A stretch of DNA of 64,000 bases from contig JAJRSM010000034.1 in assembly GCA_024278765.1 (NCBI GenBank), forward strand, positions 12,051 to 76,050, in the 5' to 3' direction. Position 1 is the stretch's first letter. The number at the start of each line of letters is the position of its first letter. Both the position numbers and the translations under genes were made by a program. Source of the stretch: Deltaproteobacteria bacterium. GTDB taxonomy: Bacteria > Desulfobacterota > GWC2-55-46 > DRQE01. Below, one piece after another: positions 60,833-64,000 of this stretch. The notes under the pieces are model-generated. The model was not told where the DNA came from. It searched no databases and saw nothing but the letters and a program-made list of their open reading frames with translations.

Positions 60833-62242
60833 ATGGCAAAATATAAATTGATAGTAGTTGACGATGAAGAGAGCATGCGAAATTTTTTAAGTATTATGCT
60901 TAAAAAAGAAGGTTATGATGTCTCTGCTTTCTCAACCGGTGAAGATGCTCTGGAGTTTTTCAGGGCAGAGTCTGCTGATATTGTAATGACCGATCTTAAG
61001 ATGCCGGGGATGGGCGGGGTGGCTCTCTTAAAAGAGCTTAAAGCACTGGATTCTAATGTCGCGGTAATACTTATGACGGCCTATGCATCAGTAGATAGTG
61101 CGGTGGAGGCGATGCGCGCTGGGGCGTACGATTACTTTACCAAGCCTTTTAATATCGATGAGATCAAGCTGCACCTCAAACGTGCGCTCAGGCTTAAAGA
61201 GCTAGAGCAGGAAAATATTCTGCTTAAAAAAGATATCCACTCAAGGTATGGCTTTAGTAATTTTATAGGGACCAGCCCCTTGATGTTAGAGATATACGCT
61301 CTTATTTCAAGTGTAGCCGGAACGCGTACAAATGTGCTGATAAGTGGAGAGAGTGGAACTGGTAAGGAACTGGTGGCCAGAGCCGTACATACTGAGGGGG
61401 ATCGTAAGGACAAGCCCTTTGTTACTATAAACTGCGGTGCCATCCCTGAGAACCTTCTTGAGAGCGAGCTTTTTGGTCATAAAAAGGGTGCTTTTACAGG
61501 GGCGGTAAAGGATAAGGCCGGACTTGCCGAGATGGCAGATGGCGGAACTCTTTTTCTAGATGAGATAACAGAGCTGCCGCTTAACCTGCAGGTAAAGCTC
61601 CTTAGATTTCTACAAGAGAAGACGGTCAGGCGTGTGGGTGGCTCAGTTGATAAAGTTGTGGATATAAGGGTGATAGCCGCGACCAACAGAGATATTGAAG
61701 GAGAGGTCAAGGCAGGGCGCTTCAGAGAAGATCTTTTTTATAGGTTAAATGTGCTGGGTATAGACTTGCCGCCCTTGAGAGCTAGAAAGGAAGACATTCC
61801 TAAACTCGCTGATTTCTTCTTTGATAAGTATGTAAAAGAGAATGGTAAGGATATAAAGCGTATATCAGAGGATGCTCTGGCTTTGTTGGTTGATTACGAT
61901 TATACAGGTAATGTCCGTGAGTTGGAGAATGCAATTGAGCGTGGTGTTGCACTGGAGTCGACCGATGTGCTGCGAGCGGGCTCGTTGCCGCCGGCTATAA
62001 GGGACTTTAAGGTTGCTCACTCAGTTGTTGTTGCTGGTGGAGGTGTTGCAGAATCTGACGCCGGTGCCGTAGTAATAACAGAGGCAGGACTGGACCTTGA
62101 GCAGGTTGTAGGTGAGTTTGAGCGCAAGATAATAATGGACGCCCTCAAAAAAACCGGAGGCGTTAAGAAAAAAGCCGCAGAGCTTTTAAAGATAAGTTTT
62201 CGTTCAATGAGGTATAAGATAAGTAAATATGAAGATACCTAG
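60833..62242 (+). CDS. pilR: Sigma-54-dependent response regulator PilR (REC-AAA+-Fis HTH)
   Basis: 469 aa; 'LIVVDDEE', 'GESGTGKE', 'GAFTGA' sigma-54 interaction motif, C-terminal HTH. Confidence 0.9.
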   Translation: MAKYKLIVVDDEESMRNFLSIMLKKEGYDVSAFSTGEDALEFFRAESADIVMTDLKMPGMGGVALLKELKALDSNVAVILMTAYASVDSAVEAMRAGAYDYFTKPFNIDEIKLHLKRALRLKELEQENILLKKDIHSRYGFSNFIGTSPLMLEIYALISSVAGTRTNVLISGESGTGKELVARAVHTEGDRKDKPFVTINCGAIPENLLESELFGHKKGAFTGAVKDKAGLAEMADGGTLFLDEITELPLNLQVKLLRFLQEKTVRRVGGSVDKVVDIRVIAATNRDIEGEVKAGRFREDLFYRLNVLGIDLPPLRARKEDIPKLADFFFDKYVKENGKDIKRISEDALALLVDYDYTGNVRELENAIERGVALESTDVLRAGSLPPAIRDFKVAHSVVVAGGGVAESDAGAVVITEAGLDLEQVVGEFERKIIMDALKKTGGVKKKAAELLKISFRSMRYKISKYEDT

Positions 62243-64000
62243 GACTGAACGTTCACCAATAATATATTTATTGTTATTTGCTGTTCTCTGCCTATTTATA
62301 TTTCTAGTCTCTTTTCAGAAGCAGCATTGGGATACGGATATCTTCTGGGCACTTAAGAGTGGTGAGTGGATAATAACCAATTTTAGAGCTCCTTTGACCG
62401 ATCCCTTCTCTTTTACATTCGCAGATAAGGAGTGGATCGATTTTACCTGGGGTTTTCAGGTTATAGTCTACCTTGTCTATACCTATCTTGGCGGATGGTT
62501 AGGTCTTTTCATACTGCAGTTCATTACTTTACTGGCCACTTTTTACGTCCTTTATTGTCTTTTTATGCTTATATCAGAGGGCAAGAGCTGGTTGGCAATA
62601 GCATTGCTTTACCTCGTCTTTGCTGCAACGTACCCTCGGTTCATGATAAGGCCGCATATATTTGTTTTCCTTTTTATATCGACCTACTTTTATCTTCTGG
62701 TGCTAAGTGAAAAGCAAGACAGGCTTAAGTGGCTGATTTTATTACTACCTTTACAGGTTGTATGGGCAAATATTCACTCCAGTTCTATTCTCGGCATCTT
62801 TATTGTTGGCAGTTTTGCTATCTGTGCATTTGTTGAAGAAATTAGAGGGGGGCTAGGGCGTGCCTCATCATCTTACTTTAAGCGCATCTTGGTGGTCTCG
62901 CTCCTGGTCGTGGCCGTATCATTTATCAATCCTTATAGTTGGAAGCTGGTGTTGTTCCCATTTGTTCATCAGGGTGGAAACAACCCTGATGCCCTTCGTT
63001 ATATATTAGAGTGGCAACCATTTGCTCTTACTTCTCTGCTCTACTTTATGCCAGTTCCTTTGTATAGTATCGCATTTAAAATACTTCTTTTCGGCTCGTT
63101 TGTAGCCATAGTGCTGAATAGAAGAAATCTTAAGATAAGATACTTTATTCTGTTGCTGCCTATACTCTTTGTCTCTCTTCAGCATGTTCGGATGCTATCT
63201 GTTTTTGCAGTCTTTGCAGCTCCTGTGCTTGTAATGAACCTTGCTTCTTATATGCGCAGTGCTAGACGAAGGTCAGGTTTTTTAGAGTGGGCGGCGGGTT
63301 GTATTATTCTAGGAACTATTGTTATTTTTATGGTTGGTTTTTTTGCAGGTAATTATAAGAGTTACTTTGGTCTGGGAATGCTTAAAGGGCATTTTTCAGA
63401 AGGTATCGTATCTTTTGTTAAAAATGAGAGAGTAAGAGGGAATTTTTTCAATGAATATGATCATGGCGGGTATTTGCTCTTTAATGATATAAGGGTTTCA
63501 CTCGACAGTAGGACTCCTACTGTATATTCTCCTGATTTTTATTGGATGTGGAGGCGTGCTAGAGAAAAGCAAAAATATTTTGATAGATTTACCGCCAGAA
63601 ATGCTATGGACGTTGCTATAGTCTTACCGACAATACAGTTGTGTGACAGATTATGGAAGGACAAGGATTGGCAGGCAGTGGCCTTTGATGACGTCTCTGC
63701 ACTCTTTCTTAAAAATGTAGCCTCCAATGCGGATATTATCTCAAAGTGGGGGTTAAAGAGCCTAAGTCCATGTGACCTGAGTGCTGAAGAAACCATGACT
63801 GCGCAGCGCGAAGGGCTTTTGAAGATGCGCACCGAGGCAAAGCGAATGGTTGATTATTATCAATCTGTAGGGCTTGGCGACACTGTGAGTAGGACGCATA
63901 GCCTGCTTGCCCGTGTCGAGACGGCCCTTGGTGGTGAGTATTTGCAGGGGGCTGTAGCGAACTATAGGCGTGCCATTGATGTTCGCAGTAGGCAGCGACT
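62229..64000 (+). CDS. Large polytopic membrane protein with C-terminal soluble TPR-like region (possibly Wzy_C/O-antigen-ligase-like or GT-C); 3' end lies outside the window
   Basis: I translated frame 0 from ATG 62229 (it overlaps the pilR 3' end) to the window edge with no stop (590+ aa). It is not in the ORF track because no stop falls in the window. At least 10 hydrophobic helices, then a hydrophilic region with helical repeats. Confidence 0.5.
   Translation, partial: MKIPRTERSPIIYLLLFAVLCLFIFLVSFQKQHWDTDIFWALKSGEWIITNFRAPLTDPFSFTFADKEWIDFTWGFQVIVYLVYTYLGGWLGLFILQFITLLATFYVLYCLFMLISEGKSWLAIALLYLVFAATYPRFMIRPHIFVFLFISTYFYLLVLSEKQDRLKWLILLLPLQVVWANIHSSSILGIFIVGSFAICAFVEEIRGGLGRASSSYFKRILVVSLLVVAVSFINPYSWKLVLFPFVHQGGNNPDALRYILEWQPFALTSLLYFMPVPLYSIAFKILLFGSFVAIVLNRRNLKIRYFILLLPILFVSLQHVRMLSVFAVFAAPVLVMNLASYMRSARRRSGFLEWAAGCIILGTIVIFMVGFFAGNYKSYFGLGMLKGHFSEGIVSFVKNERVRGNFFNEYDHGGYLLFNDIRVSLDSRTPTVYSPDFYWMWRRAREKQKYFDRFTARNAMDVAIVLPTIQLCDRLWKDKDWQAVAFDDVSALFLKNVASNADIISKWGLKSLSPCDLSAEETMTAQREGLLKMRTEAKRMVDYYQSVGLGDTVSRTHSLLARVETALGGEYLQGAVANYRRAIDVRSRQR

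Overview
This 64 kb window is a mostly core chromosomal segment of a Gram-negative bacterium whose gene order resembles Geobacter and other Desulfuromonadales. That inference rests on the ilvD-ilvBN-ilvC-psd-pssA-leuA-leuCD-leuB arrangement and the pilB-pilT-pilC-pilS-pilR order. No tRNA, rRNA or CRISPR was seen. Several genes start on TTG or GTG.

Core content, left to right:
- The 3' end of rseP, then tsaB and a small DUF465 gene.
- A long branched-chain amino-acid operon with the phospholipid genes psd and pssA embedded, and a PUR-like (DUF3276) gene between leuD and leuB.
- An accessory block of about 4.5 kb (described below).
- A convergent metallophosphoesterase gene and PBP1A, then rel and ridA.
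- A truncated MotB/OmpA remnant, rpmB, and two small enzymes (UPF0173, DUF523).
- purM and purN, the latter carrying one in-frame TAA.
- spoVG, whose ribosome-binding site is a G11 tract.
- An rfbA-rfbD-rfbC-rfbB-ugd sugar-nucleotide cluster.
- A pyr operon (PyrR-binding leader, pyrR, pyrB, pyrC, carA, carB).
- recG, a glutamate-type dehydrogenase, DUF1015, an N6-adenine methyltransferase (TrmN6-like), and dciA-like.
- A PAS histidine kinase, a receiver and a PAS protein.
- A type IV pilus block, pilB-pilT-pilC-pilS-pilR, followed by a large polytopic membrane protein with a TPR tail that runs off the window.

Accessory block (13.7-18.2 kb): two small ORFs, a DUF4258 toxin / YgiT zinc-finger antitoxin pair, an MrfA/YprA-like DEAH helicase with a DUF1998 zinc domain, and a zinc-ribbon ORF. 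It ends in about 0.7 kb of nested tandem and hairpin repeats.

Main hunt result: an AT-rich two-gene cassette sits between carA and carB, an adjacency that is otherwise conserved. It encodes a DUF262 (GmrS/ParB-like, DGQQR-motif) protein followed immediately by a small HEPN-like (Rx4H) protein. I read this as a horizontally acquired defence or abortive-infection module that has not been characterised experimentally.

Other notable features:
- A genome-specific family of structured intergenic repeats: TGTCA-YSCTGAA-N5-TTCAGSR-TCTGT hairpins, CACCTGCGGTG stop-adjacent elements, and 98 bp and 215 bp tandem arrays.
- Two in-frame TAA codons: one in purN and one joining two small ORFs.
- A 29 bp duplication of the ilvD 3' end.
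- A perfect 31 bp palindrome downstream of rseP.
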